DNA of 32,000 nucleotides from Methylorubrum extorquens (GTDB taxonomy: Bacteria; Pseudomonadota; Alphaproteobacteria; Rhizobiales; Beijerinckiaceae): the NCBI GenBank assembly GCA_900234795.1, contig LT962688.1:4800001-4832000 (forward strand), given 5' to 3'. Within the stretch, counting starts at the first letter, position 1. Each line of letters opens with the position of its first letter. Both the position numbers and the translations under genes were made by a program. The notes under the pieces are model-generated. The model ran no database searches, was not told where the DNA came from, and saw only the letters and a program-made list of their open reading frames with translations. Of the stretch, positions 17,858-27,092 are shown in pieces.

Positions 17858-18451
17858 TCAGCCTCCCAATGCCTCCGGGGTGTCGACGTCGAAGATCACC
17901 GCCGGATCGGCCGGCAACTCCAGTACGTCGCCGCGCCGCTTCAGGATCGGCCCCGCGCCGTGGTCGCCGGTCAGCGTAGCGAGGTCGGCACCGAGGCGGG
18001 CGAGGTCGAGCAGCACCGGGTTGCCGCGGCGCCCATCGCACACCGGCACCACGGCCGAGGGGCGTGGCGTCGCTTCGGTATAGGCTGCGATCAGCGCATC
18101 GATATGCGCCGGCCCGATTCGCGGCATGTCGCCGAGCAGCACCACCGCCGCCTCGGTCTCCGGCGGCAGGGCGGCGAGGCCGAGACGCAGCGAGGTCGAG
18201 AGGCCCGCGGCGGGATCGGGATTCTCGACCAGCCTCAGGTCGAGCCCGGCCAGGGCGGCCCGCACCGCCTCGGCATGGGCGCCGAGCACCGCGACGACCG
18301 GCCCGGCGCGCGAGGCCAGGGCCGCTTCGGCAGCGCGGCGCACCATCGGCCGGCCGGCATAGGGCGCGAGCATCTTCGCGGCCTGCCCGAAGCGGGAGCC
18401 AAGGCCGGCGGCGAGGATCACCGCGCCGATGCGCGGCTCAGACCCCGTCAC
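17858..18451 (-). CDS. mocA: MobA-like nucleotidyltransferase, probably molybdenum cofactor cytidylyltransferase (MocA-like)
   Basis: 197 aa with IGAVILAAGLGSRFG (NTP-binding loop), LLGDMP and the GNPVL motif. It follows XdhC and MoeA-like genes in an operon. Confidence 0.75.
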   Translation of the reverse strand: MTGSEPRIGAVILAAGLGSRFGQAAKMLAPYAGRPMVRRAAEAALASRAGPVVAVLGAHAEAVRAALAGLDLRLVENPDPAAGLSTSLRLGLAALPPETEAAVVLLGDMPRIGPAHIDALIAAYTEATPRPSAVVPVCDGRRGNPVLLDLARLGADLATLTGDHGAGPILKRRGDVLELPADPAVIFDVDTPEALGG

Positions 18452-19448
18452 CGCCGGACCTCGGTTGGCCCCGCAGGGGAATCTCGGTGAGCAGGCCGCC
18501 GACGCCGAGGCGCACGATGTCGGCCCGCGTCACGGGAAGCCCCGCGAGCAGGCGGTGCAGGACGAAATCGAAGCCGTTCTCCTTGGGCGAGCGGGCGCAG
18601 CCCGGCGCGCCGATCACCGGAACGGCGCCGAGGGCGCCGAGGAGCAGCAGGTTGCCGGGATCGACCGGCATACCGAACTGTTCGACCCGGCCGCCCGCCG
18701 CCTCCAGCCCGGCCGGGATCACATCGCGCCGGTCGGCGATGGCCGAGGCGCCGAACACCACGACCAGTTCCGCCCCCTCCGCCGCCGCCCCGGCGATGGC
18801 GCCCGCGACCGCGCCGGCCTCGTGCCGCACGCGGGTCTCGGCGACGATCCGCGCGCCCGTCGGTGCGAGCCGGTCGGCGAGCGCGCGCAGGGTCTTGGCG
18901 ACGGTTGCCGGCTTCAGGCCGGGCAGCAGGGTCGAGACGACGCCGACCCGCTCGAGACGATAGGACGCGAGCCGCATCGGCTGCGCGTCGGCGGCGGCGA
19001 GCGCCCGCTCCAGCGGCGCGGCGGCGACCGCGTAGGGGATGATCTTGACCGTCGCGACCATCTCGCCCGCCGCCACCGGCCGGAAGGCCGGCAGGGTCGC
19101 CACCGTGATCGCCTCGTCTACGGCGTTGACGGCGTCGATTCCGGCCGGCTCGACCACGAACACCCCCGGGGCTTCCGCGAAGAGATTGCACCGCCCGGTG
19201 AACGGAGCCTCCGCGCGCAGGCCCGCCCCGGCGAGATGCTGGGCGAGGCGGGCCGCCGCCGCATCCTCGCCGACATCGCCAGGATCGAGCCGGACGGCCA
19301 GAATCTCGGGGATTCCGGATTCGGCGAGCCGCAGGGCCTCCTCGGCGGGAATCGGGCGGCCCTTCTTCAGGCTCGCGCCCTCGGCGCGCACGGTATGGGC
19401 GGCGATGAGCCCCGCGCTGTCGCGGGTCGCTACGGGTCCGAACTGCAT
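18438..19448 (-). CDS. Molybdopterin-binding protein (MoeA/MoCF-biosynthesis-domain family)
   Basis: Start at ATG 19448 (MQFGPVATRDSAGLIAAHTV...), 4 nt after the upstream stop. The C-terminal half (VVVFGASAIADRRDVIPAGLEAAGGRVEQFGMPVDPGNLLLLG) resembles the MoCF_biosynth domain. Its stop overlaps the mocA start by 14 nt. Confidence 0.7.
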   Translation of the reverse strand: MQFGPVATRDSAGLIAAHTVRAEGASLKKGRPIPAEEALRLAESGIPEILAVRLDPGDVGEDAAAARLAQHLAGAGLRAEAPFTGRCNLFAEAPGVFVVEPAGIDAVNAVDEAITVATLPAFRPVAAGEMVATVKIIPYAVAAAPLERALAAADAQPMRLASYRLERVGVVSTLLPGLKPATVAKTLRALADRLAPTGARIVAETRVRHEAGAVAGAIAGAAAEGAELVVVFGASAIADRRDVIPAGLEAAGGRVEQFGMPVDPGNLLLLGALGAVPVIGAPGCARSPKENGFDFVLHRLLAGLPVTRADIVRLGVGGLLTEIPLRGQPRSGGDGV

Positions 19449-19452
19449 GGGC

Positions 19453-20181
19453 TCAGCGTCCCGCCGCCGCGTCGGGGCCCTTGATGGGGTCTTTGATGCG
19501 ATCCTGGCGCAGGGTCGCGACGAGCTGGGCGAGGATCGACAGCGCGATCTCGGCGGGCGAGACCGCGCCGATGTCGAGCCCGATCGGCGCATGAATCCGG
19601 CCGATTGCTGCTTCGTCGAACCCCGCCTCCTTCAGCCGCTCGACGCGCCGGGCATGGGTCTTTCGCGAGCCCAGCGCGCCGATATAGGCGCAGTCCGCCC
19701 GCAGGGCCGCGACGAGGGCGGGGTCGTCGATCTTGGGATCGTGGGTGAGCGCGGCCAAAGCCGTGTAGGCGTCGAGGGGACCGATCTCGTCGAGCGCCTT
19801 GTCCGGCCATTCGGCGATCAGGCGCACGCCGGGGAACCGCTCCGGGCTGGCGAAGGCGGTGCGTGGATCGATCACCGTAAGATCGAGGCCGAGCTGGCTC
19901 GCGAGAGGCACCAGCGCCTGAGAAATGTGCACGGCGCCGATGACGACGAAGCGCACCGGCGGGGCGTGGACGGCGACGAAGACCGGGCGCCCGTCCGGCC
20001 CCTCATCAAGGCCGCTGCGGCCGCTGCGCAGGCGCTCGCGCAGCAGGGGGGCAAGCGGGTCGGCGTCGATCTCGGCCGCGCGCACGAGGCGCTGGCCGCC
20101 ATCCGCGGGATCGGTGACGATCAGGGCCGGGCGGCGCGCCGCGCGCTCCGCGTTGAGGGCCGACAGGGTGTCGAGGCGCAT
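19453..20181 (-). CDS. XdhC-family accessory protein, C-terminal Rossmann-like half
   Basis: 242 aa with FVVIGAVHISQALVPLASQLG..LTVIDPR and ALTHDPKIDDPAL...AYIGALGSRKTHARR, typical of the XdhC/CoxI C-terminal domain. Confidence 0.8.
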   Translation of the reverse strand: MRLDTLSALNAERAARRPALIVTDPADGGQRLVRAAEIDADPLAPLLRERLRSGRSGLDEGPDGRPVFVAVHAPPVRFVVIGAVHISQALVPLASQLGLDLTVIDPRTAFASPERFPGVRLIAEWPDKALDEIGPLDAYTALAALTHDPKIDDPALVAALRADCAYIGALGSRKTHARRVERLKEAGFDEAAIGRIHAPIGLDIGAVSPAEIALSILAQLVATLRQDRIKDPIKGPDAAAGR

Positions 20182-20247
20182 GGAATTGGTCGCTCGATGC
20201 GAAACGGGCCGCCGCTCTCGATGGGAGCGGCGGAGGTTTGAAGAAAA

Positions 20248-20580
20248 TCAGTCGATGCGTTCGACGAAAACGCGGATGCGGCCGCCGCAGGAGAGGCCAG
20301 CCCGCCACGCGGTCTCGTCGGCGACGCCGAATTCCAGGGTGCGCGGGCGCCCGTCCTCGATCACGTCGAGCGCCTCGGTGATGACCTCGCCTTCGACGCA
20401 ACCGCCGGAGACCGAGCCGAGGAAGCGGCTGTCACCGTCGATGACGAGATGGCTACCGACCGGGCGCGGCGCCGAGCCCCAGGTCTCGATCACGGTGGCG
20501 AGCGCGACCGCGCGGCCCTCGCGTCGCCAGCCCTCGGCGGCGCGCAGGATGTCGTCCTCGGTGGAGAGCATGGGGTTCAC
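20248..20580 (-). CDS. XdhC-family accessory protein, N-terminal domain only
   Basis: 110 aa with VALATVIETWGSAPRPVGSHLVIDGDSRFLGSVSGGCVEGEV, typical of the XdhC_CoxI N-terminal domain. Start is GTG 20580 or ATG 20571. Confidence 0.8.
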   Translation of the reverse strand: MNPMLSTEDDILRAAEGWRREGRAVALATVIETWGSAPRPVGSHLVIDGDSRFLGSVSGGCVEGEVITEALDVIEDGRPRTLEFGVADETAWRAGLSCGGRIRVFVERID

Positions 20581-20740
20581 GTCCTGAAACTACCGGTTCC
20601 GCCGCCCCCGACCGTCCCGTTACCGGAGAGGTAGGCCTGTCGGCGCGTTCCGCAATGCGGCCAACCGTGGCGCTTGCAACGCCATCGGGTGGACTTCATC
20701 AAGGTCTCGGAATTTTCCGGCGGCCGGACGGGAGCTTGGT

Positions 20741-21853
20741 GTGTCGAAGCGGAGCGCGTTGGCAACCTTTCTCGTCCTGACGCTCGCAGGCCCCGTCGGC
20801 GCCGCCGAGCCGCTGAAGATCGGGCTCGCCGCGCCGTTGAGCGGGCCGGATGCCGGGTTCGGCCAGGGCGCGCGGCTCGGCGCCGAGCAGGCGGTCGCAG
20901 AGATCAATCGCGCCGGCGGGGTGATGGGGCGCAAGCTGCAACTCGTGGTGCAGGACGATGCCGCCGACCCGAAACAGGCGGTGGCGGTCGCGCGCAAGTT
21001 CGCCGGCAGCGGCGTGCGCTTCGTCATCGGCCCGCTGACCTCGGGCGCCGCCGCCGCGGCCAGTTCGGTCTACGAGGAGGCCGGCATCGTCTCGGTCACG
21101 CCCGGTGCGACTTGGGCCCCGCTGACTCGCCGCGGCGCCGGCCTGCTGTTCCGCCTCGCGGGCAGCGACGCGCAGCAGGGCGCGCTCGGCGGCACGCTGC
21201 TCGCCGAGCGGTTCCGCGGCAAGCCGGTCGCCATCGTCCACGACAAGACCAGCTTCGGTCGCGGGCTCGCCGACGAGGCCGCCCGCGCCCTCAAGGCCCG
21301 CGGCGGGCAGGAGCGCCTGTTCGAGGGCGTCTCCCGCGACGACCGCGAGATCGCGGCGCTCGTCGCCAAGCTGCGGGCGCTCGGGATCGAGGCGATCTAT
21401 TTCGGCGGTCTGTCGGCCCCGGCCGGAGCGCTGATCCGGGCGATGCGCGAGGCCGGCCTGTCGACGCAGGTGATCGGCAGCGACGGGCTGCTCGACAGGG
21501 ACTTTTCGCAGGTCCCCGGCGCCGAGGGCACGCTGATGACGGTGGCGCCCGCGCCGCCCCGCCTGCCCGAGCCGAGGGGCGCCAAGACGCCCCGGAGTGC
21601 GGAGGCCGAGATGTTCGCGGGCGCGGCCTACGCGGCGGTCGAGGTCGTGCGGCAGGGGATCGAGGGCGCGCGCTCGGACGAGCCGGCCAAGGTCGCGGCC
21701 TTCCTGCATGGCGGCGCCACCGTGCGGACGGTGCTCGGCGAGGTGGCGTTCGACGCAGGCGGCGATCTCGTGAAGCCGCCGTTCTCGGTCAGCGCATGGC
21801 GCCGGCTTCCCGACGGACGGCTCGACTTTGCCGGCAACGACGTCACGCCATGA
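20741..21853 (+). CDS. ABC transporter periplasmic substrate-binding protein, LivK/branched-chain amino acid family (no adjacent permease or ATPase)
   Basis: 370 aa with GTG start 6 nt after GGAG, a signal peptide (LATFLVLTLAGPVGA/AEP), then LKIGLAAPLSGP.A.FG.....GAE.AV..IN..GGV.G.KL.LV..DD..DP..AV. Confidence 0.85.
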   Translation: MSKRSALATFLVLTLAGPVGAAEPLKIGLAAPLSGPDAGFGQGARLGAEQAVAEINRAGGVMGRKLQLVVQDDAADPKQAVAVARKFAGSGVRFVIGPLTSGAAAAASSVYEEAGIVSVTPGATWAPLTRRGAGLLFRLAGSDAQQGALGGTLLAERFRGKPVAIVHDKTSFGRGLADEAARALKARGGQERLFEGVSRDDREIAALVAKLRALGIEAIYFGGLSAPAGALIRAMREAGLSTQVIGSDGLLDRDFSQVPGAEGTLMTVAPAPPRLPEPRGAKTPRSAEAEMFAGAAYAAVEVVRQGIEGARSDEPAKVAAFLHGGATVRTVLGEVAFDAGGDLVKPPFSVSAWRRLPDGRLDFAGNDVTP

Positions 21854-21955
21854 GCCGGCGGAGGCTGCACAATTCCACCCGGCGTTGAGGTTAAGCGGAC
21901 CTTGGGTGGCGGATATTCTTGCACAAACCGCGTCCGACGCTTAAGTCGCAGGATT

Positions 21956-22038
21956 GGTGCCCTTCGCGAAACACCCGTCGTGCCGCTTGTCCGGCCGGAG
22001 GGAGGACTCCCCGATCCGGGAGTTTCGCGAAAGGCACC
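21956..22038 (+). promoter_or_regulatory. Long inverted repeat / stem-loop at the start of the putative infA leader
   Basis: GGTGCCCTTCGCGAAAC (21956-21972) pairs 16/17 with GTTTCGCGAAAGGCACC (22022-22038). Each arm contains the self-palindrome TTCGCGAA. A promoter-like TTGCAC-N16-TTAAGT lies at 21919-21946. Confidence 0.35.
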
Positions 22039-22170
22039 CGACGCCCGGCATCGCTGACGCCTCTCGTCCCGAGCGGATCGGACCCGCAGCGCCGCGCGTT
22101 TCGCACGATAGACCGATTTTTTGATTTTGCCGGAGCGCCCCGTGCAGGCAGCCCGGCCGGAGATAGATGT

Positions 22171-22446
22171 ATGGCAAAAGAGGAATTGATGCAGTTCGAC
22201 GGCTTGGTCGTCGAGATCCTGCCGGACGCGCGCTACCGCGTGCAGCTGGACCAGGGTCACGAGATCGTCGCCTACACGGCCGGCAAGATGAAGAAGAACC
22301 GCATCAAGACCCTGGCCGGCGACCGCGTCACCGTCGAGATGTCGCCCTACGATCTGGAGAAGGGCCGCCTCGTGTTCCGTCACAAGGACGAGCGTTCCGG
22401 TCCGCGTCCGCCCCAGCGCGGCGGCCAGCAGTTCCGTCGCCGCTAA
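22171..22446 (+). CDS. infA: Translation initiation factor IF-1 with a ~19-aa basic C-terminal tail
   Basis: [72 protein letters not shown] is a canonical S1-fold IF-1. A GGAG lies 9 nt upstream of ATG 22171. The upstream 84 codons of the track ORF are rejected. Confidence 0.9.
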   Translation: MAKEELMQFDGLVVEILPDARYRVQLDQGHEIVAYTAGKMKKNRIKTLAGDRVTVEMSPYDLEKGRLVFRHKDERSGPRPPQRGGQQFRRR

Positions 22447-22522
22447 CGGCGTCGAACCCCTTTCGGTTCGATCGAGCTTGCCGAGCGGCGCCCCACAGGG
22501 CACCGCCCGAAAGTCCCAAAAA

Positions 22523-24772
22523 TTACTTCCCGAACCGCTCAAATTTCGGGAAGCTGCGGGTCATCAGCGTGCCGGCATCGGACCGGTGGCCCATCCACTT
22601 CTCCAGCATACCCGCATTGGCCAGCCGCGCCTGACCCGAGCCATCGCGCCAGGGCAGGCCTTCCGCCAGCATGAAGACGCAGGCATCCGCAAGCTGGCTC
22701 TGGCGGCAGCGCTGCAGGCGCACGCCCTTGCCGCGGCCGAGTTCCGTGATTTCGGAAGCTGGGAAGACCAGCATCAGCTTGTCGGATGAGCAGACGGCGA
22801 CGTGGTCGCCCTCGGCCGGCACCAGCAGCACCGCGCGCGTCCCCTCATCGAGGCCGAGGATCGCCTTGCCCTTGCGGGTGTTGGCGACCAGGGCGTCGGA
22901 GGGCGCGATGAAGCCGCGCCCGTCCGAGCCGCCGACGAGCAGCTTGCTCTCCGGCTTGTAGGGCAACGCCGCGACGATCTCGGTGCCGTCGTCGAGATCG
23001 ACCATCAGCCGCACCGGATCGCCGAAGCCGCGCCCGCCGGGCAGCTTCGAGGCCTCGATGGTGAAGACCTTGCCGTTCGAGGCGAGCAGCAGGATTTTCG
23101 CCGTCGTCTCGCTGAGGAAGGCGACCTTGAGGGTGTCGTCGCCTTTGAAGGCGACCCCCGCCAGTTCGGTCACATGCCCCTTGAGCGCCCGGATCCAGCC
23201 CTTCTCGGACAGGATCACCGTGATCGGCTCGCGCTCGACCATGGCGGCGGTGAAGTCGATGCCGGCGGTGTCGGGCGGGTTCTCGAGGGTGGTGCGGCGG
23301 CGACCGAGTTTGGTCTCGGGCCCGAAGGTCTTCTTCACCGCGCGGATCTGCTTGGTGATCTCGGTCCACTGGAGCTTCTCGGAGGCGAGCAATCCCTCGA
23401 TCCCCTCCTTCTCCGCGGTCAGCGCCTCGAACTCGCGCTTCAGCTCCATCTCTTCGAGCTTGCGCAGGGAGCGCAGGCGGGTGTCGAGGATCGCGTTGGC
23501 CTGGACCTCGGTGAGTTCGAACCGCGCCATCAGGGCGGCCTTCGGCTCGTCCTCCTCACGGATGATGCGGATCACCTCGTCGAGGTCGAGATAGACGATC
23601 AGCAGGCCGCCGAGGATTTCGAGGCGGCGCTCGATCTGGCCGAGGCGGTAGCTCGAGCGGCGCTGGAGCACGACGCGGCGGTGATCGACCCACTCGCGCA
23701 GACACTCGGCGAGACCGATGACCCGGGGCACGACGCCGCCGACGAGCACGTTGAGGTTCAGCGGAATCCGCGATTCCAGCTCGGAGAGCCGGAACAGCGA
23801 CTCCATCAGCATCACCGGATCGACCGAGCGCGAGCGCGGCTCCAGCACGACGCGCACATCTTCCGCCGATTCGTCGCGCACGTCGGCCAGCAGCGGCAGC
23901 TTCTTCTCCTGAAGCAGGTCGGCGAGTTTCTCGATGAGGCGGGCCTTCGGCACGCCGTAGGGAATCTCGGTGACGACGATGTTCCAGGTGCCGCGGCCGA
24001 GATCCTCCTTGGCCCAGCGCGCCCGCACGCGGAACCCGCCGCGGCCGGTGCGATAGGCCTCGCGGATGCTCTCGGCTGAGTCGATCAGGATGCCGCCGGT
24101 GGGAAAGTCCGGTCCCTGCACGAAGGTGCAGAGCTGCTCGGACGTCGCCTCGCGATTCTGGATCAGGTAGAGCGCCGCGTCGCAGAGTTCGGCCGCGTTG
24201 TGCGGCGGGATTGAGGTCGCCATGCCGACCGCGATGCCCTGGCTGCCGTTGGCGAGCAGGTTCGGGAAGGCCGCCGGCAGGACGATCGGCTCCTCCTTCT
24301 CGCCGTTATAGGAGGCGCGGAAATCGACCGTGTCCTCGTCGATCCCGTCGAGCAGCAAGCGGGCGACTTCGGTCAGCCGCGCCTCGGTGTAGCGGTAGGC
24401 CGCCGGACCGTCGCCGTCGATGTTGCCGAAATTCCCCTGCCCATCGACTAGCGGGTAGCGCTGGGCGAAGTCCTGGGAGAGGCGCACCAGCGCGTCGTAG
24501 ATCGCTTGGTCGCCGTGCGGGTGGAAGTCACCCATGACGTCGCCGACGATCTTCGCGCACTTCTTGAAGGCCGAGGTCGGGTCGAGCCGCAGCAGGCGCA
24601 TGCCGTAGAGGATGCGCCGGTGCACGGGTTTCAGCCCGTCGCGGGCATCAGGCAGCGCGCGCTGCATGATCGTGGAGAGCGCATAGGCATAGTAGCGCTC
24701 CTCCAGCGCCGTCTTCAGCTCGACGCTCTCGATGCCGTCGCTCGGCGGCGGCAGGACGGGCTGGCCCATCAC
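22523..24772 (-). CDS. parC: DNA topoisomerase IV subunit A
   Basis: 749 aa with [19 protein letters not shown], the [19 protein letters not shown] motif and AYRYTEARL (catalytic Tyr region). The length and lack of a GyrA box fit ParC rather than GyrA. Confidence 0.92.
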   Translation of the reverse strand: MMGQPVLPPPSDGIESVELKTALEERYYAYALSTIMQRALPDARDGLKPVHRRILYGMRLLRLDPTSAFKKCAKIVGDVMGDFHPHGDQAIYDALVRLSQDFAQRYPLVDGQGNFGNIDGDGPAAYRYTEARLTEVARLLLDGIDEDTVDFRASYNGEKEEPIVLPAAFPNLLANGSQGIAVGMATSIPPHNAAELCDAALYLIQNREATSEQLCTFVQGPDFPTGGILIDSAESIREAYRTGRGGFRVRARWAKEDLGRGTWNIVVTEIPYGVPKARLIEKLADLLQEKKLPLLADVRDESAEDVRVVLEPRSRSVDPVMLMESLFRLSELESRIPLNLNVLVGGVVPRVIGLAECLREWVDHRRVVLQRRSSYRLGQIERRLEILGGLLIVYLDLDEVIRIIREEDEPKAALMARFELTEVQANAILDTRLRSLRKLEEMELKREFEALTAEKEGIEGLLASEKLQWTEITKQIRAVKKTFGPETKLGRRRTTLENPPDTAGIDFTAAMVEREPITVILSEKGWIRALKGHVTELAGVAFKGDDTLKVAFLSETTAKILLLASNGKVFTIEASKLPGGRGFGDPVRLMVDLDDGTEIVAALPYKPESKLLVGGSDGRGFIAPSDALVANTRKGKAILGLDEGTRAVLLVPAEGDHVAVCSSDKLMLVFPASEITELGRGKGVRLQRCRQSQLADACVFMLAEGLPWRDGSGQARLANAGMLEKWMGHRSDAGTLMTRSFPKFERFGK

Positions 24773-24890
24773 TCACTCCACATCGTCAGTTCAGTCCGGG
24801 CGCCGACCCTGCGTCGGCGTCCGCTACCGCTCCCCGTCCCGACGGGTCACGGCGCCTCTCGAAATCAACCAGAACATAACACGAACGCGG

Positions 24891-25631
24891 TCAACTCTGG
24901 CCAGTGCCGAGTGCGACGAATCGTGCGCGTTCCTCCGGCGTGTCTTGCGCCCGCGGGCGCCAGACATGCTGATCGAGGAAATACCCCGTCAAGGTAAACC
25001 CCTCCCGAACGTCGTGGGTGTCGGGCGTGCGCCAGCCACTGCCGGGCTGGTCGCGGTCGCGCAGGAAGGGTGGAAGCGGCAGCAGGCGATCGCGGAAAGG
25101 CTCGCCCGCCGAGGCGCTGACCGCGCGCCCGCTCTTCGGGGAGACGTAGACCAGGGCGTCGTTGGCGCCCGTGGCCGCGCAATGCGACAGGTCGAGGCCG
25201 AAGCCGAGCCCGGCGAGCAGCGCCAGTTCGAACCGCACCATCAGCGCGGGGGCGATCTCGGGATCGTCGAGATGGGCGATCAGGATCTGCGCCGCCTCGT
25301 AGAGCGCCGGGTGCGGATCGCGCTCGGGCAGGAGCCGCAGCAGCGCCGAGAGATGCGCGACACCGTAGAGCGCGAGACCCGAATCCATCAGCCGCGAGGC
25401 GTTCAGGGTCAGCGGCTCGACCGCGTAGGCGCCGAGCGCCCCGTCGAGCCGCGCCCGCCACGTCGCGCGAAGCGTGTTGCCGGGCTGGAGCATCGGCTGC
25501 ATCCGCCGCGAGCGCCCGCCATGGACGAGCCCGAGATGGCGCCCGTGCTCCGGCGTCATCAGTTCGAGCACGACCCCGGTCTCGCCGTGCTTGCGCAGGC
25601 CGATCACCAGGCCATCGTCGATCCATTGCAT
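24891..25631 (-). CDS. recO: DNA repair protein RecO
   Basis: Start at ATG 25631 (MQWIDDGLVIGLRKHGETGVVLELMTPEHGRHLGLV.GG), a typical RecO OB-fold N-terminus, giving 247 aa. The 128 upstream codons of the track ORF are rejected. Confidence 0.88.
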   Translation of the reverse strand: MQWIDDGLVIGLRKHGETGVVLELMTPEHGRHLGLVHGGRSRRMQPMLQPGNTLRATWRARLDGALGAYAVEPLTLNASRLMDSGLALYGVAHLSALLRLLPERDPHPALYEAAQILIAHLDDPEIAPALMVRFELALLAGLGFGLDLSHCAATGANDALVYVSPKSGRAVSASAGEPFRDRLLPLPPFLRDRDQPGSGWRTPDTHDVREGFTLTGYFLDQHVWRPRAQDTPEERARFVALGTGQS

Positions 25632-25759
25632 GGAAGAGAGATAATCATTCCGATGCCGGAACGGGACTGCTTTGCACGCCGAAATCGGGTGGCGATGGTG
25701 AATCCATTTCCCGCCCTGATCGAAACCTCTACGCTTTTCCCGCAATGGGAGATTCGGCG

Positions 25760-26152
25760 ATGGTCGGGCGGCGCGGCGGGGTGGTGCTGGCGATGGTCCT
25801 CGTGGTTGGCGGCTGCACCGCGACCGCCGCCCCGCCGTCGCCCGCCGCCTCCACTGGCACGGTCCGCGAGCGGATCGCCGCGCTGGCCCTGCGTCAGGTC
25901 GCCTTCGGCTCGGTCTCGCTGATCCCGGTGCGGTTCGCCCACAGCCGGATCGCCGGCCCATTCGAGGATGGCGGGCGCCGGCTCTACTGCGTCTCGACCC
26001 GGATGAGCGGACGCACATTCGGCAAGCCGGAGCGCCCGAAGCTCGTGGTGCGGGAGGAGGGCGGGGTGCTCACCGTCCTGCGCGACGAGGAGGAGACCTG
26101 CGAGGGGCATCGCAGTGAGCCGTTTGCGGAGCTGGACTCGCCCGTCAGCTGA
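25760..26152 (+). CDS. Hypothetical lipoprotein
   Basis: MVGRRGGVVLAMVLVVGGC has a lipobox (LVVGGC). GGGAG lies 8 nt upstream of ATG 25760. I recognise no family. Confidence 0.55.
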   Translation: MVGRRGGVVLAMVLVVGGCTATAAPPSPAASTGTVRERIAALALRQVAFGSVSLIPVRFAHSRIAGPFEDGGRRLYCVSTRMSGRTFGKPERPKLVVREEGGVLTVLRDEEETCEGHRSEPFAELDSPVS

Positions 26153-26396
26153 GACGATTGTCAGCCTGTGCCGCAGGGGCGAACTCATCGCGCCTCCTGC
26201 CGAGGTTCCGAGCGACAGCTCGGCCTCGAAGCACGCCGGAACGGCCGATCCCATGGACCCGGTCCAAGTGAAGCGGCGCGGGGTGCTTCGAGGCGGCTGG
26301 CGCAGCACCTCAGCATGAGGACCGTTGGGAGACGACCGAACAGGCGGTGGCACCGGGGTTGCGCTCACGCCCCCAAAAGTGATCCGCTCAAGCGCA

Positions 26397-27092
26397 ATGG
26401 CTTCCCGTCCCCTGTCGCTTTCCCTCGACCTCATCGCCCGTGCCCATCCCGACACCGTCCCCGATGATGAGACCGCACTGACGCTGCTCTCGGACGCTGA
26501 CCTTGCGCCCGAACTCGCGGCGATGCTGGCGCGTCGCGCTTCCCCTGAGGGCGGGCTGTGGGTGTTCGCCTACGGCTCGCTGCTGTGGAACCCGGAATTC
26601 GCTTATCACGAGCAGCGGCTCGGCACGCTGCGGGGCTGGCACCGCCGGTTCTGCCTGTTGCAGCGACGCTTTCGCGGCACGCCGGAGAATCCGGGCTTCG
26701 TGCTGGGGCTCGACCGGGGCGGGGTCTGCCGCGGCGTCGCCTTCCGCCTGGACGATGCCGACCCGCATGCCATCCTGATGCCGGTCTGGCGGCGGGAGAT
26801 GAAGGGCAAGGGCTACGAGGGCCGCTGGGTCACGGTGGAGACGGAGGCCGGGCCGGTCACGGCGCTGACCTTCATGGTGAACCGGCAGAGCGACCGCTAC
26901 ACCGGCCGCCTCTCGGATGCCGAGATCGCCGACAAGATCGCAACGGCCTGCGGGCATCTCGGACCGAGCGCCGAATATCTGCTCCGCACCGTGGAGGCCT
27001 GCGCCCGGCTCGGCATCCACGACCGGCACCTATGGTCGCTCCAGGCGCTTGTGGCCGAGCGCCTGCGGGAGCGACGCGCGGCCTGCGCGTAG
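26397..27092 (+). CDS. chaC: Gamma-glutamylcyclotransferase, ChaC family
   Basis: LWVFAYGSLLWNPEF...GWHRRFC.......GTPENPG.VLGLDRGG.C.GVAFR and MPVWRREM are typical ChaC motifs. The start (ATG 26397) is uncertain. Confidence 0.8.
   Translation: MASRPLSLSLDLIARAHPDTVPDDETALTLLSDADLAPELAAMLARRASPEGGLWVFAYGSLLWNPEFAYHEQRLGTLRGWHRRFCLLQRRFRGTPENPGFVLGLDRGGVCRGVAFRLDDADPHAILMPVWRREMKGKGYEGRWVTVETEAGPVTALTFMVNRQSDRYTGRLSDAEIADKIATACGHLGPSAEYLLRTVEACARLGIHDRHLWSLQALVAERLRERRAACA

Noticed and set aside
20581-20740. A possible Moco riboswitch upstream of the XdhC/MoeA/MocA operon.
   Set aside because: I could not recognise the conserved Moco-motif core (as far as I remember it) or a convincing multi-stem architecture in the 160-nt minus-strand leader. 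This needs cmsearch with RF01055 to settle, and I am not claiming it.
14786-21888. Alternative-frame or antisense ORFs over the accessory block (for example 14786-15742 minus, 15432-16382 plus, 15622-16713 minus, 16511-17371 minus, 17549-18490 plus, 18064-18963 plus, 18429-19484 plus, 19039-20241 plus, 20674-21888 plus, 20699-21709 minus).
   Set aside because: Each overlaps a frame with clear family-level similarity (BcsS-like, SDR, formyltransferase, MocA, MoeA-like, XdhC, LivK-like). Each encodes Arg/Pro/Gly-rich sequence typical of off-frame GC-rich DNA.
21919-22170. The 84-codon N-terminal extension of infA (175-aa ORF).
   Set aside because: IF-1 homology starts at MAKEEL (22171) with an SD upstream. 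The upstream part is Arg/Pro/Ser-rich and spans the inverted repeat.
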